Part shown: positions 25,429-37,413 of the stretch, in pieces | Layout of the letters: each line of letters starts with the position of its first letter | Numbering within the stretch: position 1 is the stretch's first letter | From: Anolis carolinensis | Taxonomy: Eukaryota | Direction of reading: 5' to 3' | NCBI RefSeq assembly: GCF_035594765.1 | Contig: NC_085841.1 | Location: 261,856,525 to 261,920,524, forward strand | Length of the DNA stretch: 64,000 nt | Translations under genes and position numbers: made by a program | Notes under the pieces: generated by a model | The model's input: the letters and a program-made list of their open reading frames with translations, nothing else | Told to the model about the DNA's origin: nothing | Databases searched by the model: none

Positions 25429-27490
25429 TTCTAGGCCTAGTGTTTTGACTCGGGAAACTCTGGACTCAAGATAGTCCTGACTGGTGCTATTGGAGTTCAG
25501 AGTAGGGTTGCTAGAGGCAAGAAGGGATCAGAGCTGGAGCAATATGTATCTAGTTTGCTATACAGTTTCCTCCTCATTTGCAAGTTCTAAATATACCATA
25601 TATTTCCCTTCTGGTTGCCAAAGGTTTGGGAGTTGTGTGGGCAAAGCCACATCTACTGAAAACAAAAGTTTAATAGTAATTAACTACATGAATCGACTAG
25701 TAAAGTAAATGTACTCCAGAGATTTGAATAGAAACAATCGGTATGCTCATGAATCTCACAACTTTCACTTTTAATCCTGGGGAGGTAATGAATGTGACTG
25801 AAATTAGTTCAGTAATGAATGTGCAGAGAGAGGTTTGGGTAAACTGAAACTTAACCAAGATAAAACAAAGGTACTATTGACCGAAGTCTCCAGCAACCCA
25901 GGTGAGGCTACCCCACCTGTTCCTGTGGTGCTTCATTCATCTGAAGATGCAGGTGCACAGTTTGGGGTAATACCCTTTATTTGTTATTACTAGGTCACAG
26001 ACAACACCTGTTAAAAATGCCTCTTCTATACAACCATTAAATGTACAGAAATACTCTCCAGTTTTTACTCTGTCAACCCTATGTTGGAGAAGATTTACTA
26101 GAAAGTAGAATATAGAATAGAATATAGCAGATAACATAGAATATGGACAGCAAACCAGGTAGTGATCTTTCATATGAGAATAGACACATTAGATACTCAT
26201 CTGTTTTGATCTCTGCTAGTGCTGGAAAATACAGAAGTGTAACTCTTGACATAAAAGGTTATATAGTGGGTTCACAATCCATGGACTCAACCAACTGTGG
26301 ATTCAAATAAATGCAATATTGTACATTTGAATCTGTGCTGGGGAACACAACAACCTCCCTCCCCCCTTCTGCTTTCATGGCAAATGGGTTCTTTTTCAAC
26401 ATGCATCATTTCATGACACAGTAATTCAATTTTACTAGCAAACTGGAGGTTAAATGAACCCTTATAAGAAATACAGACACATACATAAATCGCAATAATG
26501 AAATGAATGGGAACACAATGTAGCTCATAATAATTTTTCATTTATATTTTTAAAAATATATGATTTGTAAGGTAAGAACATACATTTCCAAAGTTTTTTG
26601 TCATTTCTCATTATGTTCTCATGGCACACCAACAGATTGCAGCTGACACACTAAGGTTTGTGTCACGACACAGAATTTCAAAAGTTCTGCTCTGTGAGGT
26701 AGCTTTTACTCTTTGGTATTATTTTTTAAGGAAAATAACTTAGTAATAAATTATTTTTAAAGGCCTCTGAGAAAGCTACCGCCAAATCTCATTAACTGTT
26801 TTCGTTGCAAAAGAAGTACTTACAGTAATGAAGGGCAAGGCATTGCAGCCATTCAAGATGCTGAACTGTTCTCTTGAATTGGATCAGGAATGGGAAGAAA
26901 GTCAACAAGAGTGGCTAACAGTTAAATATTTCACTGTATTAATATTTCATAGCTGATTTACAGAAAGATGAATTATTTATGGACAATATGTTACATTTGA
27001 TTGATCTCAGCTAAAACAAAGGTGGACAAATAACATTTTAGATATTAGGCAGGCCTGAGTTCATTTATGTTTCCCCTTCCTGTGGTATATCACATTTCTT
27101 TCACTTCAAAACTGTTAGCTAATTATGGATTGTCACTTATACATTTGTGATCCACAGTAAATCCAGATAAAGTACCTAAGAAAGCCTTGCAACATTCACA
27201 ATGTATCCATAAATCTACAAGCAGCATGAATGTATCTATAGACACAGCACTAAAAAGCAACAGTTTGGTCTGTACTACTACAGATTGCAACTAGAAGATA
27301 TAACTTTGGAGTCTTTCTTCATTTAAAAACTCCAGCACACAAACAAAGCAGCACATCAATTTATTATTTTATTTATCATGTCAGAAGCGAACCGATGGTA
27401 CAAGTTGTAATGTATTTGAAAAAACAAACAAGTTTTTTAAAAACTTAGCATTATACTAAATGTCCTTTGACCTTAGCTGGCTACTTGGAG

Positions 27491-28683
27491 TGTTGTGACT
27501 GCGCCTTCGGGGATTATGGTTGATGGTGATGGGATCCGAAGAGGAAGAAAAAACCCTCGTGATGAGGGTTCACTGGAGGAGTTGCGCAGGAAGCGACTTA
27601 GAGAGCTATATGGGGGATCTTCTGAGGAAGATTCAGATGGGGAGTTTGGGGAAATGGATGCTGAGGAACAGGTGGTGGCTGGGGAAGTGGGCACTGAATG
27701 GGCACAGCCACCAGAGATGTCTGGGGATTTGGGGCCTATGGGTACTACTGAACCTGGGGTTTCTGCAGGAGCTGATCCCACTTGGGATGCTTGGAGAAGG
27801 GAGGATGGTTCTTTAAGTGTTCATGGGGCTAAGTGTGGGCAGGATGATTGGGACTCCGATGAATTGCTAGGTACTCCAGATCCACGAGCTCTAGCTGTGT
27901 GGAGTTCGGACTCTGAGTAGATTTGAGACACCTGGTGTTTGGGTGTGAGTGTTTGGTCACCCAGGAGGAAGGGGAATAAAATGGGAATGTTTGGCCATTG
28001 CACTTTGCGTGTGGCAAGGTGTTGCTGAGGCGCCATTGGGATCTCTGTGTTTCCGTGAAGACTGGACTTGGACTGTGATTCGGATCTGCTGATACCATCT
28101 GGCTTGGCTCTCGCTGTGTCTTATCGTGGACCTGGTTTGGATGACTGCACCCTCTTTGGACTTTGGATTGAATTTGACCTGGCTTCTGTCTACGCTCCCT
28201 GACTGACGACTACTCCCGGCTTCTGACTTCTGGAATTTGCTGCTGCCTCTCGACCTGACCTTGGATTCTCCTGACGACGGCTATTCATCATCCCTTTGAA
28301 GCTTCGGCTTTATCTGCACCGTGGAAGCAGTTTACTGCTCTTCTAGTTTGTTTGTTTTTAAGCCAGTTTGCTGTTTTTCTTTTGGGAACTGTCCCTTTAA
28401 CTCCGCAGAGCCGGCTGTCTGTTTTCAGAAACGGTTTGGAGCTAAAAGAAGCTTTTGCACTTTCTGTTATACTCTGCAGCTTTTGGAAGGTTGCAAGCCT
28501 TCGTTTATTTTGCATGTTATCTTGCAGTCAACTCTATTTGTTTCTTCTAAGCTGAATTGAAGCGTCCTTAGTTTTTATTGAATGCCAGCATGGGAAAATA
28601 GCATGGCTTGTTTTTGTGTTATTTTTGGCTTATCTTCAGAATAAACTCTGTTTTGTTTGTTAACTGGCGTCTGACTCTTGACA
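27491..28683 (+). mobile_element. Solo LTR, 1193 bp (Gypsy- or BEL-like from the 5-bp TSD)
   Basis: TG...CA termini (tgttgtga / tcttgaca), perfect 5-bp TSD TGGAG (27486-27490, 28684-28688), TATA-like gaataaaa ~27975, AATAAA ~28640. Confidence 0.9.
27516..27920 (+). CDS. Putative LTR U3-encoded protein (134 aa from ATG; frame open from the LTR 5' edge)
   Basis: Uninterrupted ORF with basic clusters RRGRK and RRKRLR, followed by acidic/Ser tracts. Its stop lies ~55 bp before the TATA-like box. No homology check was possible. Confidence 0.4.
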   Translation: MVDGDGIRRGRKNPRDEGSLEELRRKRLRELYGGSSEEDSDGEFGEMDAEEQVVAGEVGTEWAQPPEMSGDLGPMGTTEPGVSAGADPTWDAWRREDGSLSVHGAKCGQDDWDSDELLGTPDPRALAVWSSDSE

Positions 28684-30218
28684 TGGAGTGCCTCTGGTGT
28701 TGCTGTTAAAAGGTCCTCCATAGTGCATGTGGAAGGGCTCAGGCTGCATTGTAGTAGGTGGTCTGTGGTTTGCTCTTCTCCACACTCGCATGTTGAGGAC
28801 TCCACTTTGTAGCCCCATTTTTTAAGGTTGACTCTGCATCTTATGGTGCCTGAGCGCAATCTGTTCAGTGCCTTCCAAGTCACCCAGTTTTCTGTGTGCC
28901 CAGGAGGGACTTGCAACATGCAACCAAACATAACAATGTAAAGGGTTGTATATTGCCTTGTACGGTACTGGGTTTCTCTTTGCAAAGAGTGGTTTTCATG
29001 GAGAAAATGGCTGAAAATGTTACCTTCACTTGCAGTGGTCTAGGCGAGAAAGCTATAATCTCCAGCTGCCATTCAGTTCCCAGTAGTACTTGTCTGCCAA
29101 AACTAACTTCAAGGTCTCACCTGACAGCCAAATTATGCACGATTAGACCCCAGATTGTTTAAGTGCATGTGGTACATTTGTGCATTTACAGGATAATCAT
29201 TTATACTTCAGATGTATTTACTTTTAGAGTGTGGGAATTAGAGAGGAGAAATTGGGCAACATTTATAAAATGATCAAAAATAATGTGAGTACTAGAAGAA
29301 AGAGCATTATGTGGTATCCAGGATTAGCAAGCAGCCTACCCAGAGAGTATTTTGCCTTCTTCTAGGAGGGTGGTGAAATACTAGTATTTAAACAAGCCTC
29401 CTTGGGGTTCTGATCTTGTGTTGCTACTGTTTTAAATTGCTGTGTACTTCCTTATTAAATGTTTTGTTTTATACAGCATTTTATTGTACTTACATCATTT
29501 TTAGTAAGCCGCTTGCCTTAAAAGTGATAGCCAGAATAACAGAAATAAATAATTAAACTCTACTTTGAGGTCCCTTTGATTTCAGCTGAAGATTAAGCAT
29601 GTGCTTACTTCCCCCTTCACTAGATATAATGTGAAATAAAACCCTATGTGCACTTTCTGAGAATAAACTCCACCAGACACAGCAGTAGGGTTCAGCTGAT
29701 GTGATCGACCGGGGAACCTTGCCTTATCAGCGATGGCCAGTGTGCTGATTCATTGCTTCGATTTGCAGCTGGAAGAGTGGCTAAATAAGCCATGGAGCTT
29801 CACTTGATACTGATATTCCTGTCATCTGAATAGGAATGTACCATCCCATTTGTGGTCTGTTTCTCTTCTACAAAGAGAGTACAAAATTTGTTTTTAGATT
29901 CCCTGTTTGGTTTGTTGAAAGAGAAAGAAATTAGAAAAAGGAAAGCAGCCAGGTTCAGATGGTACAATGCAAGTAAGAGTGACTGCACTTCATAGGCTAG
30001 CACATATGTGTCAAACTCAAGGCCTGTGGGCTGAATCCCACTATGTCATTTTATGTGGCCATCCACATACAGCTCCTGTATCCCTCATTAGGCATCATGA
30101 CTAGAGCTGGTGAGAGTTGTGATGCAGTAATATCTGGAAGGCTGCAGTTTGTTTTGTTTAGTCAGGAGAGTGGGGTTTGGATTTAGATACAAGGCTTGTG
30201 GATATGATTCCTTTAAAC

Positions 30219-30358
30219 CAGTGGTTCTCAACCTGTGGGTCCCCTCCCCAGGTGTTTTGGCCTTCAACTCCCAGAAATCCTAACAGCTGGTAAACTGGCT
30301 GGGATTTCTGGGAGTTGTAGGCCAAAACACCTGGGGACCCACAGGTTGAGAACCATTG
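30219..30358. mobile_element. Short palindromic hAT MITE, copy 3
   Basis: TIR CAGTGGTTCTCAACCT, perfect TSD ctttaaac. Confidence 0.9.
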
Positions 30359-30497
30359 CTTTAAACTTTCCCCAACCTGAGAGCCACAAGTGCTGTTAGG
30401 TTGTAATTCCCATTATCTCCAGTCCGCATGGTGGATAATCAAAAATGATAACATCTGGAGACCCAAACTGGGTAAAAACTAAAGAGCACAACCACTA

Positions 30498-30994
30498 CCC
30501 TGTTTCCCCGAAAATAAGACATCCCCGGAAAATAAGACCTAGTAGAAGTTTTGCTGAATTGCTAAATATAAGGCCTCCCCCGAAAGTAAGACCTAGCAAA
30601 GTTTTTTGTTCGGAAGCATGCCCAGTGCCTGCCAAACAGAACACCAGAGCATGCAGGATTGGTAAATGTACATACCAGTTGTACATGGAAATAATGGCAG
30701 TAAGAAGAAATTATTGATAGGATTCACAGTTTGTCTGGTTATGCTGGTTTGTGATGACAACTCAGTAGTTGTCATCACAAACCAGCATAACCAGACAAAC
30801 TGTGAATCCTATCAAGAATTTCTTGTTACTGTCATTATACAGTACAGTGTATAATAAATGTTAATTTTTTTGTTCAACAATAAATGTGAATTCTTCTTCA
30901 TGGAAAAATAAGACATCCCCTGAAAATAAGACCTAGGGCATCTTTGGGAGCAAAAATTAATATAAAACACTGTCTTATTTTCGGGAAAACACGG
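30498..30994. mobile_element. Tc1/mariner (pogo-like) MITE with central hairpin
   Basis: TIR ccctgtttccccgaaaataagaca / tgtcttattttcgggaaaacacgg, TA TSD, subterminal aaaataagac repeats. Confidence 0.85.
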
Positions 30995-31574
30995 TATGTA
31001 ACAAAAATACAGTTAGCCCTCTGTATCCATAGCTTTTCTGCTCATGGATTCAATGGTCCCTTGAAGGCAACTATAAGACTGATTTGTCTTAGATGAAAAT
31101 GAGTTTGACACTCCTGGGCTAGCATAATGTTTGTCAATGATAAGACAGGGTTTCTGGGGTTCTCTGGCTGACTGTGTCATTTAATTTTCTACAATGGGAC
31201 TTCTGAACAAACATGCATTTGTTAAATTGTAGAATCCTGTATCATTAGCTAGATTCCAATAAATATTTTCCAAATACTTGTTAAATTTCACAAAATTAAT
31301 TTTTAAAATTTTGCATCTTTCAGTTGTGAAATTCCATCTGGGTTAATGCTGGCAATCCTAATAGTACTGATGAATGCTAAGGCAATCATGTTCAATTACA
31401 GCTTGTTAATCCAGAACCATTTTACTCCTCCATATGCCCTTAAATAAAATTAAGATTCTTGTAATATGTTCCAATGCAAATAATATATGCATTCCACTGT
31501 GAAAGTTGTATCCAGAAAAAACCTAAACTTTAGCATCATGATGCTAAGAGGATTCAAAATGCTATAAACTTCCA

Positions 31575-31665
31575 GACCCAGCTATTTGATGATCACAAAC
31601 ACATTATTCAGGCAACCAAAGAGGCAAGTGTATACCTGGACATTATTTGATTGCCAATATAGAGA
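31575..31665 (+). mobile_element. RTE/BovB endonuclease-domain fragment
   Basis: ITNTLFRQPKRQVYTWT resembles the RTE APE motif IANTLFQQHKRRLYTWT. Confidence 0.6.
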
Positions 31666-32588
31666 TCTTCCAGTGAAACTCTATGGCCAACACCCAGCAA
31701 AATTTGATGATAGAATTGTGCTAGAGAATCTAGAGATTTCTAGAGAGGTGCTCTTACAGGTTAAAATTGTTTTTTTTTAAAAAAAAATCATGTTTTTCCT
31801 ACTTTCACAGGGACACTGCATCCCTAACCCTAGCGAATGTGGAGGGCTGAATATAATTTTAGATAGTTGCCTTCTCACAAAGTATGTTGTGAGCGCTTCA
31901 TAGCATAGGCATGTCAGCATGTCACTCAGATTTGAAATTGCAATTAACAAAACACCAATATTTCAACTGCATAATTTTAATTTAGAATGGCATTCTATCA
32001 CAATATTTCTGCAGCTACAAATGAACAATAAGCACAAAGGACTCAACATTGTTGTAGATTTCTGTTTAGTTTTTCTCAAACGTCCTGGTGTTTCCATCTT
32101 ACACGCTAGTCCTTAGCTACTCCTGCTTTCACGAGACCGGATTAAAAATGTGCAGGACTACTAGGATCTCTCTTCAAGTTGTGCACCTATGCAGTTACAT
32201 TTGCAGAAGAAGAACCAGAACTCACCACGGTTGTTCACAGTTACACTAAAGTTCAGGTGCACAAAGGAAACAATGACCTTTCACTCCAGTCAAGGAAAAC
32301 TGCAAAAGGGGAGCACCACTTCCTTACTGTTTGCCAAGATGCTCAGTTCACCGAATTCCTTGTGTAGCCCAAGAAACAAAGCAGCAGCAGTAACAACAAC
32401 AAAAAAACCCTACCCCACTCAATAGAAGTTTAGTTCACAATGCAAAGAATCACACAACAACACTGCAGGAAACAAAACCATCACCAAACAGCTCAGGGGG
32501 GAACTTAAGAACGTGTCAGAAATCACAAGAGCACACTGCTACGGTAGGTGTTTCACCAAGTGGCTCACAATAGATTAAGTTTCTACAG

Positions 32589-32960
32589 CAGGGGTCCTCA
32601 AACTTTTAAAGCAGAGGTCCAGTTCATAATCCATCAGATTGCTGGGGGCCGGACAATAGTTTGGAAAAAAAATGAACAAATTCCTATACACACAGCACAT
32701 ATCTTATTTGTAATGCAAAAAACAACAGAACAATGAAATAACAATACAACATTTAAAACTAAGAACAATTTTAACCAACAGAAACTTGGGAAGTGTGAGC
32801 CTGCTTTTGGCTAATGAGAGAGCTATTAATTAAGATTGTTGTTGTGTGCCTTTAAGTCATTTCAGACTTAGGGCAACCTTAAAGGTAAAGTTTAGACCGG
32901 GTGGTGAGAAAATGACCTTGGAGGGCCGCATCCAGCCCCCAGGCCTTAGTTTGGGGACTA
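32589..32960 (+). mobile_element. hAT MITE, OC1/OposCharlie1-like
   Basis: 5' end caggggtcctcaaactttt..ggccggac..atgaacaaattcctat. Homologous to 43787 (reverse) and 51330. The family name is from memory. Confidence 0.7.
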
Positions 32961-33829
32961 GTCCTATGGTAAACCAGAGGTGTGGCTACTACAGGGTAGT
33001 TCAGAGAGGGTGTATCATTTCCCCAAATAAGAATTCTATCCTACCAAATGATTTTTTTCTGCCGTTCACCAAGTCTAATATTTCAGAAGGGGAGAGAATA
33101 AAAATTGGGTACATGTAGCAATCTTCTCTTTGTTGTGTTTACATTCCCTTCATAATTTTTCCTCTTCTGTTTGGGGGAGGGGGGCAGAATATGTATTTGG
33201 AGAGCTATGAACTCATCCTCCCATAGATAGACTACAGCAGTAAGCAAACAAAAGGAGATTAATGTGAACATTCCTAAGGTTGGGAAGGTGTAGTTAGCAA
33301 CCACCAAAGTTAGTTTGAGCTGACAGTGTGAACCTCTTGTGCCATGTACTCACGAAAAAGGTGACTCATGGAACAGACCACCGTCATCTTGTTGGTCTTC
33401 TCCAGCTTTACACAAACAAATAATCCTGCAAAATGCATAAAAATGTGTATATACACACCACAATTTTATAAGTTTTATGAAAGCTTTTCCTGCAGTCACC
33501 AACCTCATAGATTGCTGAGGCTTATTTAGCTAATTCGTGTGGGGTTCGTATAATAATGGAAACTCTAAGTAAAATAGTTATTGTGTTCCTATTTTATAGA
33601 ATTGATTCCCAACTCTGCTGAGCAGTATAGCTGTGGGAAGGAAATGGGAGCACTATCCTCTCCAGATAAGAATTTTGCTCCAGTTCAACAAAATGTTTTT
33701 TTGAGTTCCCAAATTTCCAGCATTCCAATAAACTTTAGTTGAGCGATTAAAAACAGAATTTAAGTATCCAAAAATCCATGACAGGTTTATCAACATAGGT
33801 AGGAAACAACATGCAGGCCAACAAGCCAT

Positions 33830-34350
33830 GATTCACCTAGCTAAGCTAAATGGGTTAAATCTGCAAGGCCAGACAACCCGCATTTCAACGTACTGAAAGA
33901 AATTGCTGGTGTCCTCTCTGAAATACTTGCCATCATTTTTTAGAAATCTTGAAGTGCAGTTGTGCTGCAAGTGGGCTGGAAAAGAGGAAACATTCTTCCT
34001 TTCTTCAAAAAGAAGAAATCCTGCAAACAAATTTTATATCTCTCTCTTTTTTAAAAGGAACACTAGTTTAGTAGATAGTAGGAATGCCGTGGTTGTCATT
34101 CATCCTGATTTCAGCAAAGCATTTGATTAAATTCCCCATAATATTTTGATTAGCAAACTAATTGAATATGGAAGAGATGGGAACAGCAAAGGCATGCTTT
34201 CTGCTACCCTAAAGGTCAGGACCACCTCTAATGGTTTTAGGTTACAGGAGGGTAGAGTTCAATCAAATATTAATGGGAATGTCCTGGCTGTAAGAGTCAG
34301 TTGACAACAGAACCAGTTATCTAGAGAGGTGATTTTTCTTTTGATCTTTT
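33830..34350 (+). mobile_element. Ancient, internally deleted CR1 fragment
   Basis: Decayed HLAKLN..VLKEIA and SLVDSRNAVVVIHPDFSKAFD motifs, colinear with the CR1 at 56-58 kb. Confidence 0.7.
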
Positions 34351-34360
34351 AAAAAGAGGG

Positions 34361-34643
34361 TTTTGTGTGTGTGTGTCAGGAGCAACTTGAGAAATTGTAA
34401 GTCACTTCTGGTGTGAGGGAATTGGCCATCTGCAAGGACATTGCCCAGGGGATGCCCAGATGTTTTTGATGTTTTTACCAGTCTTATGGGAGGCTTCTCT
34501 CATGTCCCCACATGAAGCTGGAGTGCTCATCTGCACTCTTTCCAGGTTGGATTCGAACTGGCAACCTTCAGGTCAGCAACCCAACCTTCAAGTCAGTAGT
34601 TCTGCCGGCACAAGGGTTTAACCCACTATGCCACCAGGGGCTC
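34361..34643 (-). mobile_element. tRNA-derived SINE (Vingi-tail family)
   Basis: Reverse complement of the 50924-51200 family. Confidence 0.85.
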
Positions 34644-35854
34644 AAAAAAAGAGGTTGGATAACTATCTGCTGGCCTGCACTATCTGGATTTCCCAAACTG
34701 AACAGGGAGGGGTTACACTCAATAGTCTATGGAGCCCTTTCCAAATCTATGCTTTTATGATCCAGGCGTGTGTACAAAAACAAAAAGTAAATGTAGACTT
34801 TCTTCAACTTGCACTTGCTGTCTGCATGAAAGAAAAGCAGTAACAAATGTTCCTTCATTCATTCCAATATTATGTCGGAAGCTAAATTAGGTATATCTGA
34901 AATTCAGAAGAATCCTTCCCTTTTTTTTACCACTATCCCTGACACTCCATATCTGTTTATATAATTTATAAGTTGGTGCTTCATATTTGTATGCATGTTT
35001 TGGGACAAAAAAGGGGCACATAGGCAAGATTTGAATGGCAACTCAAATTCTGAGACAAATTCATTTTCACCCAAGAAGCTGAGGACTGTGTGCAGCTCTG
35101 GCTGACATATAGTAGAATTTAAATAATTCAACAACATAGTACATTTCCTGTTAGATTTATGATCAAATGCTAAGAAAATAATTAACTCCCAGAGTTCGAG
35201 CAGCAAAACAAAAACCTTTTTTAAATCTGTAGTCTTTGAGAGAGCTCCAGTTCAAAACTTCAGCCCTATGGAAATCCCATGCATTCAATGACTGCCTTAC
35301 TAATGGGTGGACTAGGCAGTTTTACATTCACACAGAAATGTGTGCAGGAGTCCACTCCTCTCTTGTAATGAATGGAACAGTGTTTGCTAGGGCAAGGTCT
35401 GTATGAACATACTGGAGGCTTAGAAGAATTTAAAGGATCAAAGTGAAATACCACATTCCTTTGCTGAGTTACAGATGCTTAAATCCCTCAGAAGTCAATA
35501 GGATTTGATTTAAGCATATCTGTCCAGGTACAAAATGGATGAGTTCTTCTTTTACCATCACCATTTTACACAGTCTTCCATAAAACCAAGGTATATGTAC
35601 AAAGGAAGGCAAGACTGCCGTTTGAAAACTACAATGGAATAATTTAGATCCGTATTTAACATATTCTGTAACATCACATAAAGAGCTAATGTGGAAGACA
35701 GGGGTGTTTAGTCAGTTATCAATGGGCCATGTTTTAACAACATTGCGTTTCTTTCTGATATGCTCAGTTGGGGTACATATACATTCTCCTTTCTCAACTA
35801 CGAAGTAACAACTTCAATCCTATGGGGAATTTTAGAAATTAATAAAATTTTCTT

Positions 35855-37060
35855 CTTTTTGTTGTTATTTGCTGTCAAGACAATTTTGACTTATGCTGAC
35901 CCTATGAATGAGAGCCCCAGTCATCAACTGTGTTGCTCAGGACTTGCAAATTCAGGGTCCTGGCTTCCTTGACTAAGTCAATCCACCTAGAATATTATAT
36001 TCATCTGCGTACTGCTTTCCACTTTTACAAGAGTTATCATCTGTATGAATAAGTCATATAATCTCATGCTATATTCAAAGTACAAACACTTCAATTTAGT
36101 CATTGATGAATCCAAGGCTGGAGTTAAAATTGCTGGAAAAAACATTAACAACCTTAGATATGCAGTTGATACCACTTTGATGGCTGAAAGCAAGGAGAAG
36201 CAGAGGGGCCTTATAACCAAGGTGAAAGAAGAAAGTGCAAAAGCTGGGTGGCAGTTAAACACAAGAAAACCAAGATTATGGCAACCAGACTAATTGATAA
36301 CTGGAAAATGGAAGGAGAAATGTGGAGGCAGTGATGGACTTTGTATTTCTAGGTGCAAAGATTACTGCAGACGCAGACTGCATCCAGGAAATCAGAAGAC
36401 ATTTACTTCTTGGGAGGATTGCATGACCAACCTCGATAAAATAGTGAAGAGTAGAGACATCACACTGGCAACGAAGGTCCACATAGTTAAAGCAATTGTA
36501 TTCCTCATAGTAACCTATGCATGTGAGAGCTGGACCATAAATAAGGCTGAGAGAATGAAGATAGACGCTTTTGAACTGTGGCGTTGGAGGAAAATCCTGA
36601 GAGTACCTTGGACCGCAAAAAGATCAAATCAATCGATACTCCAGGAAATAATGCCCGGCTGCTCACTGGAGGGAAGGATATTAGAGGCAAAGATGAAGTA
36701 CTTTGGCCACATAATGAGAAGAGAGGAAAGCTTGGAGAAGACAATGATGCTGGGGGGAAAGGAAGAAAAAAGGAAGAGGGGCCGACCAAGGGCAAGATGG
36801 AAGGATGGTATCCTTGAAGTGACTGGCTTGACCTTGAAGGAGCTGGGGGTGGCAACAGCCGAAAGGGAGCTCTGGTGTGGGCTGGTCCATTAGATCATGA
36901 AGAGTCGGAAGCAACTGAACAAATCAACAACAACAACAAAGTGTGAGCTCAGGATTGATTTGCTGTAAGATGCATTTATTTCTTTCAATAGTCCATGGTA
37001 TCAAGAGAACTTTCCTCCAGAATCACATTTCAAATGAGTTGATTTTCTTCGTGTCAGTTT
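35855..37060 (-). mobile_element. Old RTE LINE 3' fragment (35855-36100 and 36941-37060) interrupted by BovB
   Basis: Minus-strand RTE tail at ~35855. KINSFEM*FWRKVLLIPWT resumes after 36940. Confidence 0.55.
36104..36940 (+). mobile_element. BovB/RTE LINE, 5' truncated (RT C-terminus, frameshifted)
   Basis: GVKIAGKNINNLRYAVDTTL, KIDAFELWRWRKILRVPWTAKRSNQSIL, KYFGHIMRR, KRKRGRPRARW; (CAA)n tail. Confidence 0.92.
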
Positions 37061-37413
37061 TTCCTTATTGCTTTCCCATTTGAGATAAAAGATGGCAAAG
37101 CTTGACTAATCAAGATTTTTTTTCCTGTTGGGAAGCAGTTTCTTCAGGTGACAAAGATGTGCTTGACAAGCAGTCAGCAAATATTTTGCCTTTGGAATGA
37201 AGGAATTGGGAAGAGCACAGTGCCAGGAAAGGCATTTGGGGTTTCTATAGCAATGGAGAATGTGCTGCCTCAAATGCACATTAAGGGACTTCATCACATG
37301 GAGCTGGAGAAAACGAAGAAGGGAAAAGGGTGGAGTTTCATGGGGTTCTGTCTCTAAAGAAGATGAAGAATTTACTCACTCTCATCACACTCAGATCACC
37401 TCCTCCAGCTTCT

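Larger units (their letters stand above)
27361..28910 (-). mobile_element. Vingi/Ingi-like LINE 3' fragment split by a solo LTR (27361-27490 plus 28684-28910)
   Basis: WKALNRLRSG..CECGEEQTTDHLLQC. Removing 27491-28688 restores cttggagtgcct, as in the uninterrupted copy near 13528. Confidence 0.8.
30003..31116. mobile_element. hAT non-autonomous element hosting nested MITEs
   Basis: TIRs catatgtgtcaaactc / gagtttgacactcctg, perfect 8-bp TSD ggctagca. Confidence 0.75.

Noticed and set aside
36294-36893. 199-aa ORF
   Set aside because: It is a frameshifted BovB RT C-terminus with the YADD motif mutated to YAVD.
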